A stretch of DNA of 64,000 nt from an uncultured Gammaproteobacteria bacterium. GTDB lineage: Bacteria > Patescibacteriota > Patescibacteriia > XYB2-FULL-38-15. The position numbers and the translations under genes are program-made. Below are positions 27,903 to 36,742 of this stretch, one piece after another. Position 1 is the first letter of the stretch; each line of letters begins with the position of its first letter. Where the stretch lies: positions 121,228-185,227 of the forward strand of contig OZ246416.1 in NCBI GenBank assembly GCA_965231095.1. The letters run 5' to 3'. The notes beneath the pieces are model-generated. The model did not search any database. It was not told where the DNA came from and saw nothing but the letters and a program-made list of their open reading frames with translations.

Positions 27903-28843
27903 TCGTATAAAATTTAAGTGAAGATGGTAAAATATTAAATTTAACTATTATGAATTTACAGAAAAAAATATCCGAAATAAATAATCGTTGGAAAATAGAC
28001 GATGGATATTCTGAAGAAAAAGAGTTTCAGAAATTTAAAACGAGGATTATGAACTCATTTTCAGATATTGATAATCACGTAACAAATAAAAGTATTGCCG
28101 ATTTTTGCAATGTCCTAGGTATTAAGGAGGTTTGGCATGATGCAGATTTCATCGGCCATAAATGGAGCGCAAATATTACAAATTCTTTAATAGAAGAAAA
28201 CGATTCGAAAAAATTCTATAGATTACTAGAAATAATATTTGCTTTAGATATAAGGGGAACCGTAGGACATGATGGTCGTTATACTTATAACAAAGAAATT
28301 TTATATGACAAAGTAGAGGAAGCAATTAGCTTTTCAAAAGTAAACGTCCGCATTACAAAAACTGAAAACGATATAATTTTATATCCCAGCGGCGAGAAAA
28401 TTCTTGACAAAGAATTAGTAAACAAGACCTTAACTTTCTTAGACGATAAACCAGAATCGCATTTTATTGACGCATTAAAGTCTTTTGGCCAAAACTCTCC
28501 CAGAAGTCGAATAAAGTCCATCGATAGTTTAAGAAGATGTTTAGAAGAATTTTTTCGTCTGTTGCTAAATAATAACAAAGGTTTAACTGTAAATATTAAA
28601 GAAATCAGCAATATTTTAAAAATGAAAAAGGCGAATAATGACATTCGTAATCATATCGTTAATACAATAACTTATCTCGATAATCCAATTTTTAATAATA
28701 ACAGCAAGCATCGAGATGGTGATATTAGTGAATCAGAAAATGAGCTCATGATTTACCAGGTTGCCTTGGTAATGAGATATCTGGACAGGGCAATTAATGG
28801 TTGAATTTAATATTTTGCCATCTTCAATTAAATTTTATACGAG
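27903..28843 (+). mobile_element. Single-gene cassette bounded by 41-bp terminal inverted repeats
   Basis: IR-L tcgtataaaatttaaGtgaagatggTaaaatattaaattTa (about 27903-27944, ending 5 nt before the ATG) and IR-R, whose reverse complement is tcgtataaaatttaaTtgaagatggCaaaatattaaattCa (about 28802-28843, starting at the stop codon). 38/41 identical. No recombinase inside. Confidence 0.6.
27950..28804 (+). CDS. AT-rich hypothetical protein (284 aa) inserted in the dcw cluster
   Basis: GC about 26-28% versus about 38-40% for neighbours; N/K/I-rich; no recognisable catalytic motif; exactly bracketed by the 41-bp IRs. Confidence 0.7.
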   Translation: MNLQKKISEINNRWKIDDGYSEEKEFQKFKTRIMNSFSDIDNHVTNKSIADFCNVLGIKEVWHDADFIGHKWSANITNSLIEENDSKKFYRLLEIIFALDIRGTVGHDGRYTYNKEILYDKVEEAISFSKVNVRITKTENDIILYPSGEKILDKELVNKTLTFLDDKPESHFIDALKSFGQNSPRSRIKSIDSLRRCLEEFFRLLLNNNKGLTVNIKEISNILKMKKANNDIRNHIVNTITYLDNPIFNNNSKHRDGDISESENELMIYQVALVMRYLDRAING

Positions 28844-28847
28844 ATAA

Positions 28848-29951
<1,104 letters not shown>

Positions 29952-29996
29952 TTTGCGGTTTCTCTAAAAACGTTTTTTGTGCTAAAATAATTTAAT

Positions 29997-30365
29997 ATGG
30001 CGCAGAAGGTTACGGCTGGATTATTTAGAGACATTTCGCTGGATATTATCCGGGAAATTTTGTATTTTCCGATTTGGTGGTATACAAAGGGGCTTGGCAT
30101 GGCGGCGAATTTTTCCTGGCAGAGAATAAAGAATATGGAAGTCCGTCTTGGCGTTAAAGTTTGGATAGTAAATATTTTTAAGCCGATGTTTGGCCAACAT
30201 GATATTGCCGGCGTGCTCATCAGTTTTTTCATGAGAATTTTCCAGATAATCGGCCGGACGCTGGTTTTAATTTTATGGACCGTGATAATGATCTTGGTCT
30301 TTTTTGTTTGGATTGTTTTACCGTTCTTCGTAGTTTTGGGAATTATTTTAAATTTGGCAGGATAA
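29997..30365 (+). CDS. Small membrane protein (hypothetical)
   Basis: 122 aa, hydrophobic helices; immediately upstream of and possibly co-transcribed with the ClpC-like gene. Confidence 0.5.
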   Translation: MAQKVTAGLFRDISLDIIREILYFPIWWYTKGLGMAANFSWQRIKNMEVRLGVKVWIVNIFKPMFGQHDIAGVLISFFMRIFQIIGRTLVLILWTVIMILVFFVWIVLPFFVVLGIILNLAG

Positions 30366-30369
30366 TTTT

Positions 30370-33135
30370 ATGGCGTCTAACCAAAATATTCTAATTTGCC
30401 CCGCCTGCAACGGCAGCGGAAAAGTGGGAGCGGGAAAATGCCTGGCTTGCCAGGGTTTTGGCGCGGGCGTTTGGCGCAACGGCAGATTTCTCTATTGGAA
30501 CAAAATAATTACCAAACGCGAACTGCAAAAAAAGAAAATAGAGAAATTTTTAAAATTTATACTTTTTAGCGCCACCTTGCTTTTTGGTTTTGGCGCGGTT
30601 TTATTTTTAGCCTGGCGAGTTTGGGAAATTGGTTTTATTTCAATTTTTGATGCTGCCTTCTGGATTTCCGGGCGGCCGGAGATAGTTTTATTTTTATTAT
30701 CGCTTGTCGGAGATTTTTATTTGATTTATCGTGTTTTAGAAGAGCGGGCACTAACCGGAAAAGTGGAAAAGAGGGAATACGCGAAAAAGGAAGATGAAAG
30801 AATAAAAACGGCGCCGGTCGGAGAAATTACCGACTGGATGGCGGTTCGGCAATTGCCGGCCAAAGAAAAAATTGATGTGGTAAAAACTTTGAGTTTGGAC
30901 GCGGAGCACGCGCTCGTTGACGCTTGGAAGGCGGCGCTGAAATTCGGCCACGCGGAAGTTTTGCCGCTCCATATTTTTGGCGCGCTTCTTTTTTCCGGAA
31001 AAGCGGCGGTGGTTTTTGGGCGGCTGGGAATTAATTTAAAAACTTTACAAGAAAAAATTATAAAACAGCTGACGGGCCTTCAGGCGAGTTTGGCGGAAAG
31101 AGACGAGCCGACAATTTCTCCGGCGGGAATTTTGGTTTTCTTTGATTCTTATTTTAAAGCGTACGCCGCGCGCCGCGAACAAATTGATATTGCCGAACTG
31201 CTTTTGGCGACGGCCGAGTCGGAAGAAATTATTCAAGAAGTTTTGTATTCGCTTGAAGTTGATTTAACAAAACTTGGAAACGTCGTGGAGTGGCTGAAAA
31301 TTTCCGAACTTCTGCGGAAGAAATGGAAACAGTCGCGGGCTCTGGCGCGGCTTCGACCGGGCGGAACAATGTCTCGGGCCATGACCGCGATGGCTACGCC
31401 GTATTTGGATCAATTCAGCCGAGATCTGACTTTGATGGCAAAATTTGCGTATCTCGCGCCTTGTATCGGCCGGGAAAAAGAAACGGATGAAATAATGAGA
31501 ATAATTGAAGGCGGACATCAGAGCGTGATTTTAATCGGCCATCCCGGCGTGGGAAAAAATACAATCGTGGAAGGCATTGCCGAACGGATGCTTGAAGAAG
31601 ATGTGCCAAAAATTTTACAGGATAAAAGATTAATCAGTTTAAATGTCGGCCAGCTTGTGGCCGGCGCTTCGGCCGCCGACGCCCAAGAACGGCTTTTGGT
31701 AATTTGTAATGAAATTGCCCGCGCCGGAAATATTGTTCTTTATATCCAAGGGATTGAAGGATTAATCGGCATTACCGCGGGCGCGGAAGAAAGCGTTGAT
31801 CTCTCGCGCGTTTTGGCCGACGAGCTCGCCAAAGGATATTTCTTTGTTTTAGCGACGGCGACGTCCGCGAATTGGAGCCGGCATATTGAAACTTCGTCGC
31901 TCGGAAATGTTTTGCAAAAAGTTGAAGTGCGGGAGCCGGAAGTAAATGAAGCGATTCAAATTTTAGAAGCAAAAGTTGGCGGGGTGGAATATCAAAACAA
32001 AGTATTTTTCTCTTACGACGCCCTGGAAAAAGCCGTGACCTTGTCGGACCGGTATTTGCACGAAAAATTTTTACCGGAAAAAGCCATAGAAATTTTACGT
32101 GAGTCGGCACATTACACTCATGGTAAAAAAGGCGAGGGCGCGGTTGTCGCCGGAGAAGACGTGGCTGAAGTGGTGGCGCAAAAAACAAAAATTCCGGTGA
32201 CCGCTGTCACCGAAGGTGAAACCGAAAAACTTTTGCGGCTGGAAGAAGTAATGCATCATCGCGTTGTCGGTCAAGACGAAGCCGTAAAAATGGTAGCCGC
32301 GGCGCTCCGGCGTTCCCGGGCCGAACTTCGCGAAGGAAAACGGCCGATCGCGAATTTCTTGTTTTTGGGGCCGACTGGTGTTGGTAAAACTGAAACCGCG
32401 AAAACCGTGGCTGAAGTTTATTTTGGCAATGAAGAAAATATGATTCGGCTCGATATGTCGGAATACCAAGATCAGGCGAGTATTTATAAATTAATCGGCG
32501 CGCCGGCGGGGGAGTCAGCCGGGTTTTTGACCGAAGCAGTCCGAAAAAATCCTTTCACGCTTTTACTTTTGGATGAAATTGAAAAAGCTCACCCGGATAT
32601 TTTAAATGTTTTCCTGCAAGTAATGGACGACGGTCGCTTGACTGATAATCAGGGGAGAACAATTGATTTTACGAGCGTGATTTTAATTGCGACTTCAAAC
32701 GCCGGATCGCCGGCGATCCAGGAGGGGATTAGGGGCGGATTATCAATTGAAGCCATTAAAGACCGCCTGATTAACACGGAATTGAAACCATATTTTCGTC
32801 CGGAATTTTTAAATCGTTTTGACGGCGTGATTGTTTATAAACCGCTCGCGGAAAATGAAATTGAAACCATCGCTCGTTTAATGCTTGACAAAATCGCTCA
32901 GAGATTGGAAGATAAACACGGAATTACTCTTGAAGTGACCCCTGAGGCCATCTCGGCGCTCGCGAAGGCCGGCTTTGATCCGGTTTTTGGCGCGCGTCCG
33001 TTGCGCCGCGTGATCCAGGAAAAAGTGGAAGATGGTTTGGCGAATTTATTGCTTACAAAACAAGTCGGGCGGCGCGATAAAATTATTCTGGAAGCCGACG
33101 GAAATTTTAGAGTAGAGAAAGCGAGGGAATTATAA
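30370..33135 (+). CDS. ClpA/ClpB/ClpC-family double-AAA+ ATPase with N-terminal zinc ribbon and TM helices
   Basis: N-terminal CPACNGSGK…CLACQGFG zinc ribbon and 2-3 TM helices; a Clp-N-like region; AAA1 GHPGVGKNTIVEGIAERM; AAA2 LFLGPTGVGKTETAKTVAE…LLLDEIEKAHPDILN; C-terminal Clp D2-small domain. Confidence 0.8.
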   Translation: MASNQNILICPACNGSGKVGAGKCLACQGFGAGVWRNGRFLYWNKIITKRELQKKKIEKFLKFILFSATLLFGFGAVLFLAWRVWEIGFISIFDAAFWISGRPEIVLFLLSLVGDFYLIYRVLEERALTGKVEKREYAKKEDERIKTAPVGEITDWMAVRQLPAKEKIDVVKTLSLDAEHALVDAWKAALKFGHAEVLPLHIFGALLFSGKAAVVFGRLGINLKTLQEKIIKQLTGLQASLAERDEPTISPAGILVFFDSYFKAYAARREQIDIAELLLATAESEEIIQEVLYSLEVDLTKLGNVVEWLKISELLRKKWKQSRALARLRPGGTMSRAMTAMATPYLDQFSRDLTLMAKFAYLAPCIGREKETDEIMRIIEGGHQSVILIGHPGVGKNTIVEGIAERMLEEDVPKILQDKRLISLNVGQLVAGASAADAQERLLVICNEIARAGNIVLYIQGIEGLIGITAGAEESVDLSRVLADELAKGYFFVLATATSANWSRHIETSSLGNVLQKVEVREPEVNEAIQILEAKVGGVEYQNKVFFSYDALEKAVTLSDRYLHEKFLPEKAIEILRESAHYTHGKKGEGAVVAGEDVAEVVAQKTKIPVTAVTEGETEKLLRLEEVMHHRVVGQDEAVKMVAAALRRSRAELREGKRPIANFLFLGPTGVGKTETAKTVAEVYFGNEENMIRLDMSEYQDQASIYKLIGAPAGESAGFLTEAVRKNPFTLLLLDEIEKAHPDILNVFLQVMDDGRLTDNQGRTIDFTSVILIATSNAGSPAIQEGIRGGLSIEAIKDRLINTELKPYFRPEFLNRFDGVIVYKPLAENEIETIARLMLDKIAQRLEDKHGITLEVTPEAISALAKAGFDPVFGARPLRRVIQEKVEDGLANLLLTKQVGRRDKIILEADGNFRVEKAREL

Positions 33136-33254
33136 GAAATTTCTAATTTCCAATTTCTAATTTCTAATAAAATCCAAAATCTAAATGTCAAATGACAATT
33201 TTGGCATTAAGCATTGAACATTTATTGGGAATTGGTAATTAGAAATTGGGAATT
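33136..33254. repeat. Large nested inverted repeat between clpC-like and GT4 genes
   Basis: Arms gaaatttctaatttccaatttctaatttc and ggaattggtaattagaaattgggaatt (about 17/19 complementary) enclose a loop containing the perfect palindrome tgtca-aa-tgaca. Confidence 0.5.
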
Positions 33255-33259
33255 TTTTT

Positions 33260-34345
33260 ATGTACTTTATTTCATTCTCCACTACATTTATCATCGCGGC
33301 AATTTTGACTTGGCTCGTTCGCCGGGTTGCTTTAAAATATAAAATTGTTGACGAACCGAACGAATCAAGAAAAATTCATAAATCGCCGATGCCGCTTCTG
33401 GGCGGGTTGGCAATTTTTTTATCTTTTTTTGCGGTCTTAGCTTATTACATTTTTTTCACCGACAAAATTTTGGGGAACGAGTTTGTTGTAAAAAATTTGA
33501 TCGGCGTGTTTTTGGGCGGCGCGCTCTTGATGATTGGCGGATTTTTGGATGATAAATATAAATTGGCGCCGAAATATCAAATCATCTGGCCAGTGCTCGC
33601 CACAGCAGTCGTAATTGTAAGCGGCGTCGGGATTGATCAAATTACAAATCCTTTCGGCGGACTTTTGCATCTTGATTCCTGGCAGAAAATTCTTTTTTGG
33701 TGGGACGGGGTTCCGTATAAAATTACAATTCTTGCCGATCTTTTTACTTTTGTCTGGTTGATGGGCATGATGTACACAACAAAATTTTTGGACGGCTTGG
33801 ACGGTTTGGTTTCCGGAGTTTCAACCATCGGCGCGGTGATAATTTTCTTTGTGAGTTTAATGGCTGAAGTCGCCCAGCCGGGGACAGCAATGCTCGCGAT
33901 AATTTTTGCCGGAGCCTGCGCGGGATTTTTGGTTTGGAATTTTAATCCGGCCAAGATTTTTTTGGGGGAGGGCGGAAGTTTATTCACCGGGTTTATTTTG
34001 GGCGCCCTGTCCATTATCGCCGGCGGTAAAATCGCGACTACGCTTTTGATTATGGGCTTGCCGATTTTGGATGCCGCGATTGTAATAATCAAACGACTTA
34101 TCTCGCGGCGGAGCCTTGTTTCGGCTGACCAAAAACATTTACATTTTCGTTTGCTTGATGCCGGGATGAGCCAGCGTCAAGCCGTGCTTTCCTTGTATTT
34201 TGTGACCCTGGCTTTTGGCACTTCAACTTTATTTTTAAAGTCGGGCGGTAAGGTTTTCGCCTTGGTGGTTTTGGGAGTTTTGGGCGTGGCCTGGACAATT
34301 GTTTTAATAAAAGGCCGCCGGAATGTGCAGAAAATAGGGGAGTAA
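33260..34345 (+). CDS. Glycosyltransferase family 4 (WecA/MraY superfamily) undecaprenyl-phosphate sugar-1-phosphate transferase
   Basis: About 10 TM; motif HKSPMPLLGGLAIF (WecA/TagO-like rather than the MraY KxGTPTMGG); DDxxD-like LDDKYKL. Confidence 0.75.
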   Translation: MYFISFSTTFIIAAILTWLVRRVALKYKIVDEPNESRKIHKSPMPLLGGLAIFLSFFAVLAYYIFFTDKILGNEFVVKNLIGVFLGGALLMIGGFLDDKYKLAPKYQIIWPVLATAVVIVSGVGIDQITNPFGGLLHLDSWQKILFWWDGVPYKITILADLFTFVWLMGMMYTTKFLDGLDGLVSGVSTIGAVIIFFVSLMAEVAQPGTAMLAIIFAGACAGFLVWNFNPAKIFLGEGGSLFTGFILGALSIIAGGKIATTLLIMGLPILDAAIVIIKRLISRRSLVSADQKHLHFRLLDAGMSQRQAVLSLYFVTLAFGTSTLFLKSGGKVFALVVLGVLGVAWTIVLIKGRRNVQKIGE

Positions 34346-34351
34346 AAATTT

Positions 34352-34772
34352 CCCCTCCTTTCTAAGGAGGGGATTAAGGGGTGGTTATGGACAAAATATT
34401 TAATCGTAAATCACAAAAGTTAACGCGTCAAAATCTTCGCAACCGTCCCACGTGTTCTGAAAAAATAATTTGGCGTTATTTGTGTGGAAGTAATTTGGGT
34501 GGTTATAAATTTCGCCGCCAACAAGGAATAGGGCCGTATGTTGTTGATTTCTATTGCCCGGAAGCTAATTTAGCGTTGGAATTTGACGGGGATAGTCATT
34601 ATCAAACCGGAGCCGCTAAACGCGACAAGGTGAGACAAAAGTTTATCGAAAAAATGGGTATAAGGGTTGTGCGTTTTACGGACAATGATGTACGGGATAG
34701 TTTAGATGAAGTGCTGGCAACGGTTTTACAAAAATTACACACCACCCCTAACCCCTCCTCAGAGAGGAGGGG
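34352..34772 (+). mobile_element. DUF559 endonuclease-like gene flanked by about 34-bp palindrome-containing inverted repeats
   Basis: Left cccctcctttctaaggagggg-attaaggggtgg (about 34352-34385); right ccacccctaa-cccctcctcagagaggagggg (about 34742-34772). These are reverse complements of each other, and each contains a perfect CCCCTCC…GGAGGGG hairpin. Confidence 0.5.
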
Positions 34773-34785
34773 GAAAATTGGTTAA
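34387..34785 (+). CDS. DUF559 (Vsr-like endonuclease fold) protein
   Basis: …GYKFRRQQGIGPYVVDFYCPEANLALEFDGDSHY…RDKVRQKFIEKMGIRVVRF typical of DUF559; the C-terminal residues are encoded by the right IR. Confidence 0.75.
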   Translation: MDKIFNRKSQKLTRQNLRNRPTCSEKIIWRYLCGSNLGGYKFRRQQGIGPYVVDFYCPEANLALEFDGDSHYQTGAAKRDKVRQKFIEKMGIRVVRFTDNDVRDSLDEVLATVLQKLHTTPNPSSERRGKIG

Positions 34786-34818
34786 CCTTAGCGAAAATAT
34801 TAAAATAAGATATAATAA

Positions 34819-34862
34819 ATCTGTCAAAAGCTCTTGACAGATTGTTGTTTTTATGGTATACT
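34819..34862 (+). promoter_or_regulatory. Consensus sigma70 promoter overlapped by a perfect palindromic operator
   Basis: ATCTGTCAA-aagctc-TTGACAGAT (9-bp perfect IR, about 34819-34842); its right half-site is the -35 TTGACA, followed by a 17-nt spacer and -10 TATACT (about 34857-34862). Confidence 0.6.
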
Positions 34863-34868
34863 AATCTG

Positions 34869-35000
34869 TTGACAATGAAATAGGTCGGTTTGAGAGAGAC
34901 CCGCCATTCATCTGCTTTTTGGCGAGATGAAGACGGGAAAACCACCCTAAATTATTTGTACAAATAATTTAATTTCGGGCGGATTCTCTCCGCCCGTTTT
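34869..35000 (+). promoter_or_regulatory. Structured leader RNA ending in an intrinsic terminator (attenuator / candidate riboswitch)
   Basis: A roughly 130-nt transcript from the strong promoter contains the hairpin TTCATCT…AGATGAA, a 7-codon uORF (MKTGKPP), and the terminator gggcgga-ttctc-tccgccc + TTTTT (about 34975-34998). Three further perfect hairpins follow (agccagaac…gttctggct; ccgcac-g-gtgcgg; ctccgca-gga-gtgcggag) before the first SD. Confidence 0.45.
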
Positions 35001-35178
35001 TGTTTGTACTTTGACAATTTAGTTAGCCAGAACTAAGCAAGAAATTGACTGGTTCTGGCTAGGACAGAAGCGCAAGTTTCTGCCCGAAAAATTTCCCAAA
35101 CCGCACGGTGCGGGGAGGGGACAAGAGTATTCTAGATTTGCTCCGCAGGAGTGCGGAGCGAGGGAAGGGAATGAGGCA

Positions 35179-35454
35179 ATGAGCGTGTTCATTTTCGTCG
35201 CTTGGTTCGTATTGGCTCTCGTGTTCGGGATTCGAGAGATGATCATCATGAAGCGTAGCGGCGTTCGCAAGGAACTCTTCCTGCTCATCGCAGTTCTCGT
35301 GGTCATAGCGTTCGCGGGCGTGACGTCTCGTGCGATCGTCGAACTCGGACTCGGGATCGAGACATTGCCAGCGTTGGCGATGTCAGTGCTCGCCTGTATC
35401 GCCGTGGCGTACTTCTTACTGGAAGTTGCCTGGAACAAGATACGCCGTCCGTAG
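35179..35454 (+). CDS. Small 3-TM membrane protein (high-GC operon gene 1)
   Basis: 91 aa; SD tgagg 5 nt upstream; GC about 55%. Confidence 0.6.
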   Translation: MSVFIFVAWFVLALVFGIREMIIMKRSGVRKELFLLIAVLVVIAFAGVTSRAIVELGLGIETLPALAMSVLACIAVAYFLLEVAWNKIRRP

Positions 35455-35609
35455 TTCCTTCCAAATGTCCTGGCTTCCAAAAGTATGCCGGAAATCGTCC
35501 GAGTCCTTCGGACGGTGGCTCGTAGATTTTCCTAAATCACCGCAAGGTGACAACAAGAAAAAATACGAGCTTCGCGGAACTTGCAATGAGTTCCGCCTTC
35601 TTTCGAGAG

Positions 35610-35679
35610 CATCTGTTATTCTTCGAGCGAACGAAGTGAGTCGAGAAGTTCTCGACTTCGCTAACGCTCCGCTCGAACA
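35610..35679 (+). repeat. Dispersed palindromic repeat, copy R2
   Basis: atctgttattcttcgagcgaacgaagtgagTCGAGAAGTTCTCGActtcgctaacgctccgctcgaacag; related copies at about 27600-27640 and, inverted, at about 43925-43995. Confidence 0.6.
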
Positions 35680-35762
35680 GTAAACAGGTGAACTCGAAGA
35701 GAGGAAAGTTCATTTCGTAAATTTCTCCGCCTTTGGCGGGGACAAAAGAAGGGAAGGAAGAG

Positions 35763-35960
35763 ATGAAGATGGATCGTCAGACGAAGATCGCGATCGTGAT
35801 CAACGTGGCGTTCATGGTGTTCGTGTTCGCGTTCGTGGCGCTGACCACGGTGGGTTGTACCAACACGTTCATCGACCTGACTCCGCCGTGCGAGGCGGAT
35901 GCAGGATGCGATGACGTGGTCGACGCCTGCGACGGCGACGACGGCGAGGATTGCTCCTAG
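35763..35960 (+). CDS. Small membrane-anchored protein with acidic Cys-rich tail (operon gene 2)
   Basis: SD ggaaggaag; one TM/signal-like helix, then TPPCEADAGCDDVVDACDGDDGEDCS (4 Cys in 22 aa, net acidic). Start could be the ATG at 35769. Confidence 0.5.
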   Translation: MKMDRQTKIAIVINVAFMVFVFAFVALTTVGCTNTFIDLTPPCEADAGCDDVVDACDGDDGEDCS

Positions 35961-35989
35961 TTCATCCGACCAAGAGGAGGCAAGAAAAT

Positions 35990-36184
35990 TTGTCCACGGC
36001 CAGGGTGATTCTGGGAATTTTGGTGGTAGGCGCGGACGTCTACATCATCATGAAAGGAGTCAAAAAGTTCGAGCATCGCCGGCTTATGGTGGTCGGCGAG
36101 ATGGAGGGAGCCGGAGAAGGCCACGTGTTCTGGCTCGGCTTGTTCTTCGCTTTCGTTGGATCTTTGCTGGTTTTCGGCGAATAG
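35990..36184 (+). CDS. Small 2-TM membrane protein (operon gene 3)
   Basis: SD aagaggagg, then TTG 9 nt downstream (alternative GTG at 36005); hydrophobic helices ILGILVVGADVYII and FWLGLFFAFVGSLLVF. Confidence 0.45.
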   Translation: MSTARVILGILVVGADVYIIMKGVKKFEHRRLMVVGEMEGAGEGHVFWLGLFFAFVGSLLVFGE

Positions 36185-36201
36185 AAAGGAGACAGAAGAC
36201 T

Positions 36202-36381
36202 GTGAAGACGGCATGGGAGATCGCCAGTGCGGCGATTCTCGTTTCGATGGTGCTCGTGGTCGGAGCCGCCGACCAGATTGCGCCGCAGACGACGGTCCGG
36301 TTCATGCAGCGGTACGAACCGCAGCTGGACCAGTTCGTCAAGTTCCTGCTCGGCGAAGAGGAGGAGGTAGGCGTGAGATAG
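36202..36381 (+). CDS. Small signal-anchored protein (operon gene 4)
   Basis: SD aaaggagac, then GTG 7 nt downstream; AILVSMVLVVGAA helix; the overlapping longer ORFs in other frames are R-rich junk. Confidence 0.4.
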   Translation: MKTAWEIASAAILVSMVLVVGAADQIAPQTTVRFMQRYEPQLDQFVKFLLGEEEEVGVR

Positions 36382-36742
36382 ATAGCCGCTATCGCTTGAC
36401 CGCAAGGTCAATGTTCGCCGGCCGCGATGGAACGCGTCACCTGCGCAGTGGTGAGCCAAGAGGAAGCAGAGCCTCCGGGTTTCGGCCTAGACAAACCGAA
36501 CGGGGAGCGAAAGGTGAAAACCGATCGTTCCCCACCTTTTTTGAGAACATCGCAAAAGCGGTGGCCTCAAAAGATGTTTGAATCCTGAAGCGAGTGAATA
36601 ATCTTCGTTCAGCAAACAAATCTCTCTCTATTTCGCTGGACATCCGAGGACTATTCACTCACTCCAGGGTTTTTATTTTAACTTGCAGTTATTGGATAAA
36701 TGCGTTATTATAAATAAAAGAAAATACATTAATTCTACAAAT

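Noticed and set aside
34869-34975. Leader transcript as a known RNA (SRP RNA, 6S RNA, fluoride/ZTP/preQ1/Mn2+ riboswitch)
   Set aside because: No match by eye to the conserved cores. The SRP domain-IV GGAAGCAGCCAAGG is absent. The crcB, pfl and yybP-ykoY consensus blocks are absent or in the wrong order. It is kept only as a generic structured leader.
35019-36581. Overlapping ORFs 35019..35480(-), 35330..35683(+), 35899..36381(+, N-terminal part), 36040..36459(-), 36084..36341(-) and 36156..36581(+) in the high-GC small-protein locus
   Set aside because: High GC suppresses stop codons in all frames. These translations are Arg/Gly/Pro-rich and lack SD sequences. The four SD-preceded hydrophobic ORFs are the parsimonious gene set.
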